DNA from: Candidatus Multivoradales bacterium
GTDB taxonomy: Bacteria; Acidobacteriota; Thermoanaerobaculia; Multivoradales; J023
Assembly (NCBI GenBank): GCA_965248925.1
Contig: CBDFLE010000006.1
Location: 3,104,001 to 3,168,000 of the forward strand
Length of the DNA stretch: 64,000 bases
Direction of reading: 5' to 3'
Position 1 is the first letter of the stretch. Each line of letters opens with the position of its first letter. A model generated the notes under the pieces. It was given only the letters and a program-made list of their open reading frames with translations. It did no database searches and was not told the DNA's origin. A program made the translations under genes and the position numbers. Positions 1 through 8,104 of the stretch are shown piece after piece.

Positions 1-753
1 GAAGTTGGCGAGATCTTTGCCGGTCTTCGTCGCTCCTTGGCTGAAGAAAAGCTGGTGGCGGTGGCGACGATAGTTGCGGGTCCGGGTCTGGGTCGTCAGC
101 TTCTGCTGCGCCCTGCGGTAGAGCCCGTGGGTAGCCTCGGTGGTAGCAAGCTCGACCAACAAGCGGTTGCCCGCGCCACCCTGGCCGTCGGTTGCTTGGC
201 CGCGCAGCGTTTTTCGGTGGATCTCGAAGGTGAGTCTATCGATGTCTTTCTCGAAGTCCACGCGCCCCGTGCCCAACTGGTGATTATCGGCGCGGTGCAT
301 GTAGCTGTGGCGTTGGTCGACTACGCTCGGGTGCTGGGTTTGCGCACCGTGGTAATCGATCCCCGCACCGCCTTTGCCACCGCGGAGCGCTTTGCCGGCG
401 CCGATCGGCTGATCACAGAGTGGCCGCAAGAAGCCCTGGCCGAGGTGTCGCTCAACGAGTCGACCTCGGTGGCCTTGCTCAGTCACGACCTCAAACTCGA
501 CCTGCCAGCGCTGCAGATCGTGTTGCGCCGGCCGGTGCGCTACATCGGTGCTCTGGGCTCGAAGAAGACCCACGCCAAGCGGGTCGCGGCGCTGCGAGAG
601 GGTGGCTTCAGTGAAGCTGAGATCGGTCGTATTCACAACCCGATTGGGTTGAATCTAGGCGGCCGCCGGGCCGAGGAGATTGCCCTTTCAGTGCTCGCCG
701 AGGTGGTGGCGGTCAGCCACGGCCTCGACTATCGACCGCTCGCGGAGGGCTAG
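1..753 (+). CDS. xdhC: XdhC/CoxI family xanthine dehydrogenase accessory protein (probably 5'-truncated by window edge)
   Basis: C-terminal Rossmann domain motifs IIGAVHVA, SHDLKLD, YIGALGSKK, IHNPIGLNLGG..AEEIALS; adjacent to MocA-like gene. Confidence 0.9.
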   Translation, partial: EVGEIFAGLRRSLAEEKLVAVATIVAGPGLGRQLLLRPAVEPVGSLGGSKLDQQAVARATLAVGCLAAQRFSVDLEGESIDVFLEVHAPRAQLVIIGAVHVAVALVDYARVLGLRTVVIDPRTAFATAERFAGADRLITEWPQEALAEVSLNESTSVALLSHDLKLDLPALQIVLRRPVRYIGALGSKKTHAKRVAALREGGFSEAEIGRIHNPIGLNLGGRRAEEIALSVLAEVVAVSHGLDYRPLAEG

Positions 754-755
754 CC

Positions 756-1376
756 ATGACCCGAGCCACGTCGTGGGTCTCCGGGGTGCTGCTTGCGGCC
801 GGCCGTTCGCGCCGCTTCGGCGTTGAGCGCCCCAAGCAGTTGGCCGAGTTTGAAGGCGAAGCGCTGGTGCGCCGTGCCGCTCGCCGGGTCTTGGAATCAC
901 GCCTCGACGAGCTGGTGGTGGTCGTTGGCCACTGCGCCGCCGAAGTCGAGGCGGCGCTGGCTGGATTGTCGGTGAAGTTCGCACGCAATCGCGCTTATGC
1001 TGCTGGCCAAAGCACCTCGGTAAGAGTCGGCGTCAAAGCGCTCGATCAACGCGCCAGCGCTGCCCTCTTTCTGCCTTGCGACCAACTCCATCTCCAGGCG
1101 CGCCATCTCGACCAGCTGATCGAGCTGTGGCTGGCGGAGGCTCCGCTGCTAGTGGTCGCCACCTGTAAAGGCCGACGCGGGTTGCCAACCCTCTTCGCCC
1201 GGCAGCTGTTCGCCGATTTACTGGAGCTGGAGGGAGATGAAGGCGGGCGCCAGATCCTTGGCCGGCATGAGGCGGACCTCCGCTCGGTCGAGCTCGACGA
1301 TCCGTGGGCGCTGGTCGATATCGATACCGAGGCGGATCTCGAACGCTTGGCGCTCGGTGGCGGCTCTTCAAGTTGA
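756..1376 (+). CDS. mocA: Molybdenum cofactor cytidylyltransferase-like nucleotidyltransferase (MocA/MobA family)
   Basis: LLAAGRSRRFG..K, GQSTS..G, CDQ, GDEGGR, DIDT motifs; starts 2 bp after xdhC stop. Confidence 0.85.
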   Translation: MTRATSWVSGVLLAAGRSRRFGVERPKQLAEFEGEALVRRAARRVLESRLDELVVVVGHCAAEVEAALAGLSVKFARNRAYAAGQSTSVRVGVKALDQRASAALFLPCDQLHLQARHLDQLIELWLAEAPLLVVATCKGRRGLPTLFARQLFADLLELEGDEGGRQILGRHEADLRSVELDDPWALVDIDTEADLERLALGGGSSS

Positions 1377-1528
1377 GCTGTCGAAGTCTGTAACTGTCCA
1401 ATCCCCGAAGAGCAACGACGTTGCTGTCTGGAACGGGGAGATGTGCCAGTGCCCCGGTGGTCGCTGTCCGCAGATTGGGCGCGAAAGCTCGCCATGGACG
1501 ATTTTTCTGGACTCCCGCCACCAAGTGC

Positions 1529-1550
1529 TTCATGCTGAATTTAGGATGAA
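1529..1550. promoter_or_regulatory. Imperfect palindrome, putative operator of the Phd-ParE TA module
   Basis: TTCATGCTGAA|TTTAGGATGAA, 9/11 arm match, about 20 bp upstream of the antitoxin ATG. Confidence 0.45.
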
Positions 1551-1571
1551 TGAGTAACAGGGGAGCACACG

Positions 1572-1844
1572 ATGCACCGCACGCAAGACACCTATCCGCT
1601 GAGCCATTTTCGCCAGCACACCGGTGATCACCTCAAGCGGCTCGAAGAGGGCCGGGTTGAAACCATCACCCAGAACGGTGCCGCCGCTATGGTCGTCATG
1701 AGCCCGGCGACCTACGACGCAATGGCGATCGAGCTTGAGCGCGGCCACCTCTGGGATCAAGCAATTGCCCGGTTTGATGCCGGGGAGAGAGGCGTGGACG
1801 CTATAGCAGCGATCGACCAGGTAGCAGCGCGACTGAAACGCTAG
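1572..1844 (+). CDS. Phd/YefM family antitoxin
   Basis: LSHFRQH...ITQNG.AAMVVMS..YD pattern; 90 aa; directly upstream of ParE-like gene. Confidence 0.85.
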   Translation: MHRTQDTYPLSHFRQHTGDHLKRLEEGRVETITQNGAAAMVVMSPATYDAMAIELERGHLWDQAIARFDAGERGVDAIAAIDQVAARLKR

Positions 1845-1846
1845 TC

Positions 1847-2188
1847 ATGAGTGGAGCGGTGTATGAAGTTCGCCTCGATCCGGCCGCCCTTACCGCTCTC
1901 GATCAGGCCGCCGACTACATCGAAGCGCAATCCGGCACTGACCGCGCTATAGATTGGCTCGCTGCCATGCGCGGTGGCATCGAAAAGCTTGAAACCTCCC
2001 CGCGCGCCTTCCCGGTCGTGTGCCTGAGGCGGGGCCGGCCGATCCACTCCAAGCTCGTCATGTCCCACCGTGTCTACTACTTCATCGATGAGCCCACATC
2101 CCTGGTCTACGTGATCGACCTTGTGCATACCGCGCGAGAGACCAAGCTGGCTACCTACCGGGACCCGCAGGAAGGCAAGCAGCCGTGA
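1847..2188 (+). CDS. RelE/ParE family toxin
   Basis: YEVRL...A...L....YI, LETSP, HRVYYFIDE....VYVIDLVHTAR pattern. Confidence 0.85.
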   Translation: MSGAVYEVRLDPAALTALDQAADYIEAQSGTDRAIDWLAAMRGGIEKLETSPRAFPVVCLRRGRPIHSKLVMSHRVYYFIDEPTSLVYVIDLVHTARETKLATYRDPQEGKQP

Positions 2189-2553
2189 ACGAAGACACTG
2201 ATATGGAACGACCATTTCCTCGATCGTAGCCAAGGAGACGGTCGTTCCATCAGGCCTACCAAGCCCACTAGGGCAACGTCATACTCGACCAGCTGCCAGC
2301 TCTTGTCGGACTTACCTGTATGGTAGGTGGTGGGGCGCCATCGGCCGAGGTTGGGGTCGAGCTGCGGGTGACGGCACCGTTTGAGCGACGCAATGAGAGT
2401 TGTGAGTTGCTTTTCGCAGCTGCTTTGTTGCTTTGTCTGGAGCGCCGCGAAGGATTTCCTGAATTTCTTGTCGAGCCACGTCGGTTTGTAGGGCCGAACC
2501 TCCCTCTCAGCCGGCTCTGAGGGTTTGCTTGACGTAGTCGGACGGGTCATCAA
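2155..2553 (-). CDS. Hypothetical protein, putative toxin partner of the Panacea antitoxin (RelE-like N-terminus; start and C-terminus uncertain)
   Basis: Directly downstream of DUF4065 gene; basic KKFRKSFAAL...LIASL...HPQL pattern; C-terminus looks degenerate and overlaps convergent parE. Confidence 0.5.
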   Translation of the reverse strand: MMTRPTTSSKPSEPAEREVRPYKPTWLDKKFRKSFAALQTKQQSSCEKQLTTLIASLKRCRHPQLDPNLGRWRPTTYHTGKSDKSWQLVEYDVALVGLVGLMERPSPWLRSRKWSFHISVFVHGCLPSCGSR

Positions 2554-3106
2554 TAGGATCTCCCCAATGGGCTCGATTGCTCAAGTCGAGATCAGCAAGC
2601 TTGCGGGCGAAGCTCTGCCAGCCTGCCGCTAGTCGCGCGAAAGCGTTGCTGTCTTCCGCCGCCCGCTGGTTCGAACCCCAGATACTCATCTCCAAGTCGC
2701 TATTCAACGCCTTGGTGAGCTGTCCCAGGCTACCCGCATCCAAGTGCCCAAGCTCACGAGCCACCTCGTCGATGACCAGAAGTTCTTTCTCGTCTAAGCC
2801 GTTGCTATTCCCGGTGCCCAGTTTGATCAATTGGCCACCTTCCGAGAAGTCGTGTGCCTCGACCTTGAAATCAGGGGAAATATCCTCGTGTGAAATGGCT
2901 CGATAAATCTCGCGGGTGACGACTCCGTAGTCCCAGGTTTCGTGGATGCCTTCGGTAATTCGGTGTCCGAGAACCTGGTTGGCTACCACATCCACGAGAT
3001 AGGGCAACTTGACGGCCTTGGTCTTGGTAATAGGGCCAAGTTGCTCGCAGAGACGTGCCAGGACCGACTTCAGCTTGCGGGGCAGTGAATTCTGCGTGAT
3101 GACCAT
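2507..3106 (-). CDS. Panacea (DUF4065/SocA-like) antitoxin
   Basis: TKAVKLPYLVD....LGHRIT....TWDYGVV..EIY matches the KLxYxxD...G..IT...W.YGPV signature. Confidence 0.8.
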   Translation of the reverse strand: MVITQNSLPRKLKSVLARLCEQLGPITKTKAVKLPYLVDVVANQVLGHRITEGIHETWDYGVVTREIYRAISHEDISPDFKVEAHDFSEGGQLIKLGTGNSNGLDEKELLVIDEVARELGHLDAGSLGQLTKALNSDLEMSIWGSNQRAAEDSNAFARLAAGWQSFARKLADLDLSNRAHWGDPIDDPSDYVKQTLRAG

Positions 3107-3213
3107 GATTGCAACTCCTCTTCGGCAGCGGCGACAGCAGAAGTTACGCCGTTGTTACGCTTATTCTACCAAGATATGCCCGTGTCCAGCAAGTAACAAC
3201 CCTGCCTTTTGCC

Positions 3214-6200
3214 CTATTCCACCTTCACCGAAGCCGACACCAGTGGCAGTTTCCAATCGTTGATCACCGTGCCTTGGGTGTCGAGGTGGCTGGCGATGAA
3301 ATATAGCCGTTGGGTGTCGGGGGAGTTGCCGGCGGTTTCGAAGCGGCGTTTCAACCAATAAGGCTGGAACGCCTGATAGTACATCTTGACCTGGACGGTG
3401 AGCTGGGTCGGGTCGGTGCCCGTCGGCAGGGGGATGATGTAGCGCAGCTGGTCTTGGCCTTTGAAGCCCGGCACGCTGTCGTAGTCCGGGTCGCCGTCCA
3501 CCCCTACCGGGTCGGTGGCTTCCATGAACTGTTGCAGGATCTCGCTGCTGAAGTCGTGAGCCGCTTTCCAACCCTTGGGCAATAGGCGGTTGTCTTTCAG
3601 ATGGACGTCACGGTGGATGAAACTGAAGGTGACATCGTCTTCGCCGTCGAGCACTACTTCTTCGTAGATCTGCACTTGGTCTTGACGGGTGATCGGCGGT
3701 GCGGTCGGCGGCCCGCCGTCGGGATCGGGAATGCCGTGGTAGTGGGGCTGGGCTTTGTTGTCTTCGAAGAACTCGGTGGGCAGCGGTTGTTCGCCGAGAC
3801 CTTCGACGATCATGCCCACCGAGTTGGTGCGTCCCGAGGCCCAGATCACTTCACCGCCGCGGGCGCCGTCGAGCAGCAGCAACTCCAACCAGCTGCGGCG
3901 GAAGCCGACGCCGCTGGGAAAGCGGTGGCCGACCAGGTTTTTCACCGTCACGTCGGTGGTCAACTGACCGTCCTGGACGCCGACGATCTCTACTGAAAGC
4001 TCGACCGTGTCTTGTTCGGCCTGGCGTAGCATGTTCTCGATCGCCAGCCGGTTGCCGGTCGAGGCCGAGGTCATGTAGTCGGTCTCAGCGATGCCCAAGA
4101 TGGGGTCGAATTGGTCGAACATCTCCAACAAGAAGACGTTCAGGCCGACCATCTCGTGGCGACGGTAGTCGTCGCGAAAGGGAATGGACAGATCCTCGGG
4201 CGGCAGGCTGTGGTCGACGGTGGGATAAGTGCTGTCCTGAATCGAGGCGATCTGGCTCGAAAGGGGCTCGATATCGATGGTGCCGTCGAGGCTGTGGAAG
4301 CTGTTCGGCATGTGGCAGTCCTGACAGCTCTGGAAGGTCTCCTCATCACTGGCGAAAGCGCTGTTCTGCCATTCCAGGAAAGTCGCTTGTTCGATGCTGT
4401 GCGGAAACTGAGTGAGGAACTTGGCATAGTCGACGCCATATTGCTCTTGCAGCCGATCGGCTTGGAGCTTGGCCGAGGCATCGAGGGCCGGGAACTCGAA
4501 GTCAGTCGAGTCGACATTTGGCAAGTTGATGGTGTGGCAGGTGCCGCACATCTGTGAATCGCGGATGTAGGCGTTCAACCGTGGGGTGATGCCCAAGGCA
4601 TTCTCCATCGGCAGCTCTTGCACCTCGGCAAACGGGCCGTTGAGTTCGTCTGCCGGGCTGTAGGGGAATTGGCCGGTGGTCGAGGTCATCAGGAAGTTCT
4701 CGAGTTCGGTCCAATTCTTGCCCGGCGTGGGTTTGGGTGGATCGATGTGGTGGCAGATGGTGCAGCTGATGCCTTCGCGGGCCAGGTTGCCGTATTTGTG
4801 GAATTGATCGTTGAGCGGTGAGCGCTGGGCCTGGTTGAGTGGGGTGAAGGCTTGCACGTACTCGCGCTTGAAGTTGGGGTCGAGGTGGGGATCGTCCCGG
4901 GCATCGATCAGCAGCTGCCGTTGGCCCATGGCGCCGTGGCAGCTCAGGCAGGTGTTGACCACCGCGTTCTTGGCCTCGGCGAGGACCTTCTTGCTGCCGT
5001 CGAAACGCTGCGGATATTCCTCAAAGTCGCTATCGAGCATCGCCATCTCGCCAGCCAGCTGGGCAAAGAAGGCCGGGTCGCGACCGGCCAGGCCCATCGG
5101 TGACCAACGCCACTCGCCGAAAGGGGAGATGTTGTAGCCATCGCCATAGTTGGCACCGGTTTGCAGGAACATGTTGACGCCGTAAGGAGCGCCACCGAGG
5201 CCGCCGTGGCAGCCGATGCAATTGTCTGAGGTGATGAATTGCTCGGCGCCGTCGGGGCCGGCCGGCACATGGTCGGCCCACTGACCGGGGAAGCTCTCGA
5301 CTTGCGAAGCGTTCTGCGGCAACCGCCCTCCCTGGCCGAGTTGGAAGTAACGCAAGAACTCGCGATTGGGCGAGTCGAGGGAGTCGGTGACCAGATTCCT
5401 GCCGTCGGGGGCGGTGGTCGCGGCACTGGAGTTGCCGTGGAAGGCGTTGAGGAAGAGCAGCGCTTCACCCTCGCCACCGGCAGGTCGTTGCTCGCTGGGC
5501 AAGTTAGTGCCCGGTGAGCTGCCGCCGACGCGCCACGAGTTGTCGACCCGGAACTGAATGCCGCCGCCTTCTATGTTGTCGAGCGATGCGAAGGTTGACT
5601 CATCGGCGGCGGTGGCGTGGCAGCGCAAGCAGGAGGCCTGGCCGTGATCTGAATCGCGAAACTCGAAAGGAAAGTCGTCGTTGTCGAGGGTGGCGGCGAT
5701 TGCCGCTCGGTACTCATCGGCGGTCTTGCCCTCGCGGTCGACCCGACCTGGTCCGGACCAGAACCAACCGTCCTGGGTCTGGTCGTCGCGAATCATCACC
5801 GTCCAGCTGCCGATTTCCGCCTGGAGTATGGAGTCGTACTCGGCGCAGCCTGCTGCGCAGTCTGCCGGCCGGCGTTCTTCGTAGCGGGCCGCTGGCGGGT
5901 TGAACATTTCCTTGACGATCATCGAGCCCACCGGCAGCTCTCCTTGGCGATTGTTTTGCAGCCAGCGGTGGACTTCGGGCGAGTAGTAGATTCGCACCGC
6001 TGGGTGGGTACCGTAGTTGGCGCCCAAGATGAAGGGTCCGCTGTCGCGCACTTGGCGATCCCGAGCCCAGCCGAGGCGGGTGTAGGCACGCTCGTTGATC
6101 CAGGTGTAGAGCACTTGCTCGTAGTCCGCCAGCAGCATGGTGCAGGGCAGCGGCAGGTTGCCGCCGATTTTGATCGAGGTGTCGCAAGTAGGACTAGCAG

Positions 6201-6297
6201 CTGCCGCACTCACTGAAGCGGGCAGCGTCAAGAGGAAAGCAGAGGAGAGAACGAGGGTACCCAGGGCTCGGCGTAGCGACATTGACGACACCTCCAT
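3214..6297 (-). CDS. Secreted cytochrome P460-domain / multiheme cytochrome c fusion
   Basis: Signal peptide; VRIYYS..GSMIVKEMF..WTVMIRD..DGWFW..CLRCH (P460-like); five more CxxCH (CIGCH, CLSCH, CTICH, CGTCH, CQDCH); GHRFPSG motif. Confidence 0.85.
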   Translation of the reverse strand: MEVSSMSLRRALGTLVLSSAFLLTLPASVSAAAASPTCDTSIKIGGNLPLPCTMLLADYEQVLYTWINERAYTRLGWARDRQVRDSGPFILGANYGTHPAVRIYYSPEVHRWLQNNRQGELPVGSMIVKEMFNPPAARYEERRPADCAAGCAEYDSILQAEIGSWTVMIRDDQTQDGWFWSGPGRVDREGKTADEYRAAIAATLDNDDFPFEFRDSDHGQASCLRCHATAADESTFASLDNIEGGGIQFRVDNSWRVGGSSPGTNLPSEQRPAGGEGEALLFLNAFHGNSSAATTAPDGRNLVTDSLDSPNREFLRYFQLGQGGRLPQNASQVESFPGQWADHVPAGPDGAEQFITSDNCIGCHGGLGGAPYGVNMFLQTGANYGDGYNISPFGEWRWSPMGLAGRDPAFFAQLAGEMAMLDSDFEEYPQRFDGSKKVLAEAKNAVVNTCLSCHGAMGQRQLLIDARDDPHLDPNFKREYVQAFTPLNQAQRSPLNDQFHKYGNLAREGISCTICHHIDPPKPTPGKNWTELENFLMTSTTGQFPYSPADELNGPFAEVQELPMENALGITPRLNAYIRDSQMCGTCHTINLPNVDSTDFEFPALDASAKLQADRLQEQYGVDYAKFLTQFPHSIEQATFLEWQNSAFASDEETFQSCQDCHMPNSFHSLDGTIDIEPLSSQIASIQDSTYPTVDHSLPPEDLSIPFRDDYRRHEMVGLNVFLLEMFDQFDPILGIAETDYMTSASTGNRLAIENMLRQAEQDTVELSVEIVGVQDGQLTTDVTVKNLVGHRFPSGVGFRRSWLELLLLDGARGGEVIWASGRTNSVGMIVEGLGEQPLPTEFFEDNKAQPHYHGIPDPDGGPPTAPPITRQDQVQIYEEVVLDGEDDVTFSFIHRDVHLKDNRLLPKGWKAAHDFSSEILQQFMEATDPVGVDGDPDYDSVPGFKGQDQLRYIIPLPTGTDPTQLTVQVKMYYQAFQPYWLKRRFETAGNSPDTQRLYFIASHLDTQGTVINDWKLPLVSASVKVE

Positions 6298-6466
6298 CCG
6301 GGCTCTCTGCCCGGTTGGCTAAGAACGGTTGGCTGGTGGATCGCGACCAGTTTGCCCGGCCATTGGAGGGTCGTCAAGAACCGCTGGATCTAGAAAAGGT
6401 TCACTCGCCGGCCGCAGCGGCCGGTTTGGGTTGCGGTGGTCGCGGACCGGAGCTGGCTTGGCTAGC

Positions 6467-7237
6467 TCAGAGCCGGTGTTTGGGGCGGCCCACCAGGCTG
6501 GTGATCACCCCGTGCAAGGTGCGGACTTCTTGATCGTTGAGGTCGGCCCGTTGGAAAAGGTTGCGCAAGTTGCGGACGATGCTTGGGCGCAACTCCTGGG
6601 TCTTGAAGAAGCCGGTGGCGTCGAGAGCGGTTTCGAGATGGTCGAAAAAGCTCGCCACTTGGGCCTGGGTGGCGGCTGGATTTCCGGCTCTCTGAAGCAC
6701 TCGCGGTGGCGTTTGATCGCCGGACAGGCGCCACTCGTAGGCCAGCAACAGCACCGCCTGGGCCAGGTTGAGTGAGCTGTAGGAAGGATTCAGCGGCACT
6801 GTGACCAGGGTGTTGGCCAGGGTCAGCTCGTCGTTGATCAAGCCGATGCGCTCGCGGCCGAACAACACCCCGACGCGGCTGCCGGCGTGGACCTGTTGGC
6901 GCATCTCGGTGGCTGCTTGGCGGGCGGTGACGACATGTTTGGCCAGGTCCCGTGGCCGCGCGGTGGTGGCATAGACCTGCTGCAAATCGGCCACCGCGCT
7001 GCGGCAATCAGGGTAGACCCGAGCCGCGTCCAAGACCCGGTCAGCGCCCGAAGCCGCTGGTCGCGCCGCCGGATTGGGCCAGGGATCGCGCGGTGCGACC
7101 AAACGTAGATCCTCCAGGCCGCAGTTGAGCATCGCCCGCGCCGCCGCACCGATATTCTCGCCCAGCTGGGGTCCGACCAAGATGATCGCCGGCCCGGTGT
7201 CGGCGCTGGTTTGTTGGGAACTGTTGGTACCTGCCAT
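6467..7237 (-). CDS. trmJ: TrmJ/LasT family SPOUT RNA methyltransferase
   Basis: PQLGENIGAAARAMLNCG, FGRERIGL.NDEL, YSSLNLAQAV motifs. Confidence 0.93.
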   Translation of the reverse strand: MAGTNSSQQTSADTGPAIILVGPQLGENIGAAARAMLNCGLEDLRLVAPRDPWPNPAARPAASGADRVLDAARVYPDCRSAVADLQQVYATTARPRDLAKHVVTARQAATEMRQQVHAGSRVGVLFGRERIGLINDELTLANTLVTVPLNPSYSSLNLAQAVLLLAYEWRLSGDQTPPRVLQRAGNPAATQAQVASFFDHLETALDATGFFKTQELRPSIVRNLRNLFQRADLNDQEVRTLHGVITSLVGRPKHRL

Positions 7238-7264
7238 CGGGAAGAGCCTTTCAGAGCGCGCAGG

Positions 7265-7678
7265 CTACCAGGGTGCGACGGTTTCCCAATCTTCGATGCG
7301 CAAGCCGGGAACGCGACTGAACTCGCGGGTGTTGTGGGTTACCAGCACCAAGTCGTGGGCGCGCGCGGTGGCGGCGATCAGTAGGTCGTTGGGGCCAATG
7401 AGTCTGCCTGCAAGCTCCAGGTCGGCGCGAAGGATGCCGTAGTGCTCGGCGCAGAGATCGTCGAAGGGCAGGGTGATGAGTGGCGCGAAGAAGAACTTCA
7501 AGAGGTCCAAGTTCTGCGATACCTTGGCTCCTTTTCTGGCGCCAAAGAGGAGTTCCGCCTTGACCACCGAACATAGACGGAGGTGGCTGGGTTGAGTCTG
7601 CTGGGCACGCTCGATGAGCGCTGCCGAGGAGTGGTTCAGAATGCGGATGCAGGCGTTGGTATCGAGCAGATAGGTCAC
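7265..7678 (-). CDS. vapC: VapC PIN-domain toxin
   Basis: YLLDTN, AEL, IGPNDLLIAATA, LVTHNTREFSRVPGL. Confidence 0.95.
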   Translation of the reverse strand: MTYLLDTNACIRILNHSSAALIERAQQTQPSHLRLCSVVKAELLFGARKGAKVSQNLDLLKFFFAPLITLPFDDLCAEHYGILRADLELAGRLIGPNDLLIAATARAHDLVLVTHNTREFSRVPGLRIEDWETVAPW

Positions 7679-7899
7679 AGCTTCTCGCGTTGCTCGAAGG
7701 CCCCCTGGGGCGACCGTTCGAGTGGCTGGCCTTGCCAGCCGCCTACAATCCGCTCAAAGTAGTTCGCGGGCCAGCTGTCGCCGATCTGCCTCTGTACGAG
7801 ATCCGCGACATAGCGCGACAGGCTCAGTCCGGCGGCCTGCGCCCGGCGGCGAATCTTGGCTTCGATGGGCTGGGGAACGTAGAAGTGGATTTGCGCCAT
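7675..7899 (-). CDS. RHH-type antitoxin (VapB-like)
   Basis: ATG at 7899 after GAGGAGG; MAQIHFYVP...AQAAGLSLSRYV; 4-bp overlap with vapC. Confidence 0.85.
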   Translation of the reverse strand: MAQIHFYVPQPIEAKIRRRAQAAGLSLSRYVADLVQRQIGDSWPANYFERIVGGWQGQPLERSPQGAFEQREKL

Positions 7900-7914
7900 G
7901 TGATTACCTCCTCT

Positions 7915-7936
7915 GCACATACATAAAACTATGTGC
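7915..7936. promoter_or_regulatory. Inverted repeat, putative vapBC operator
   Basis: GCACATA-N8-TATGTGC just upstream of the antitoxin RBS. Confidence 0.5.
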
Positions 7937-8104
7937 TGTATTCTAGCGATCGACGCCGAGACTGTCAAAGGCGAGGCGGCTGACCGCTGGGCGACAGACG
8001 CAGTCTGAACCGATAGAATCCATGTACCCCGCTCTAATCTGGCCACAGGGCCTGCCAGCAGGCCCCGGATACCGTTTGGACTTCACTCTTCAAGGAGACC
8101 GCCC

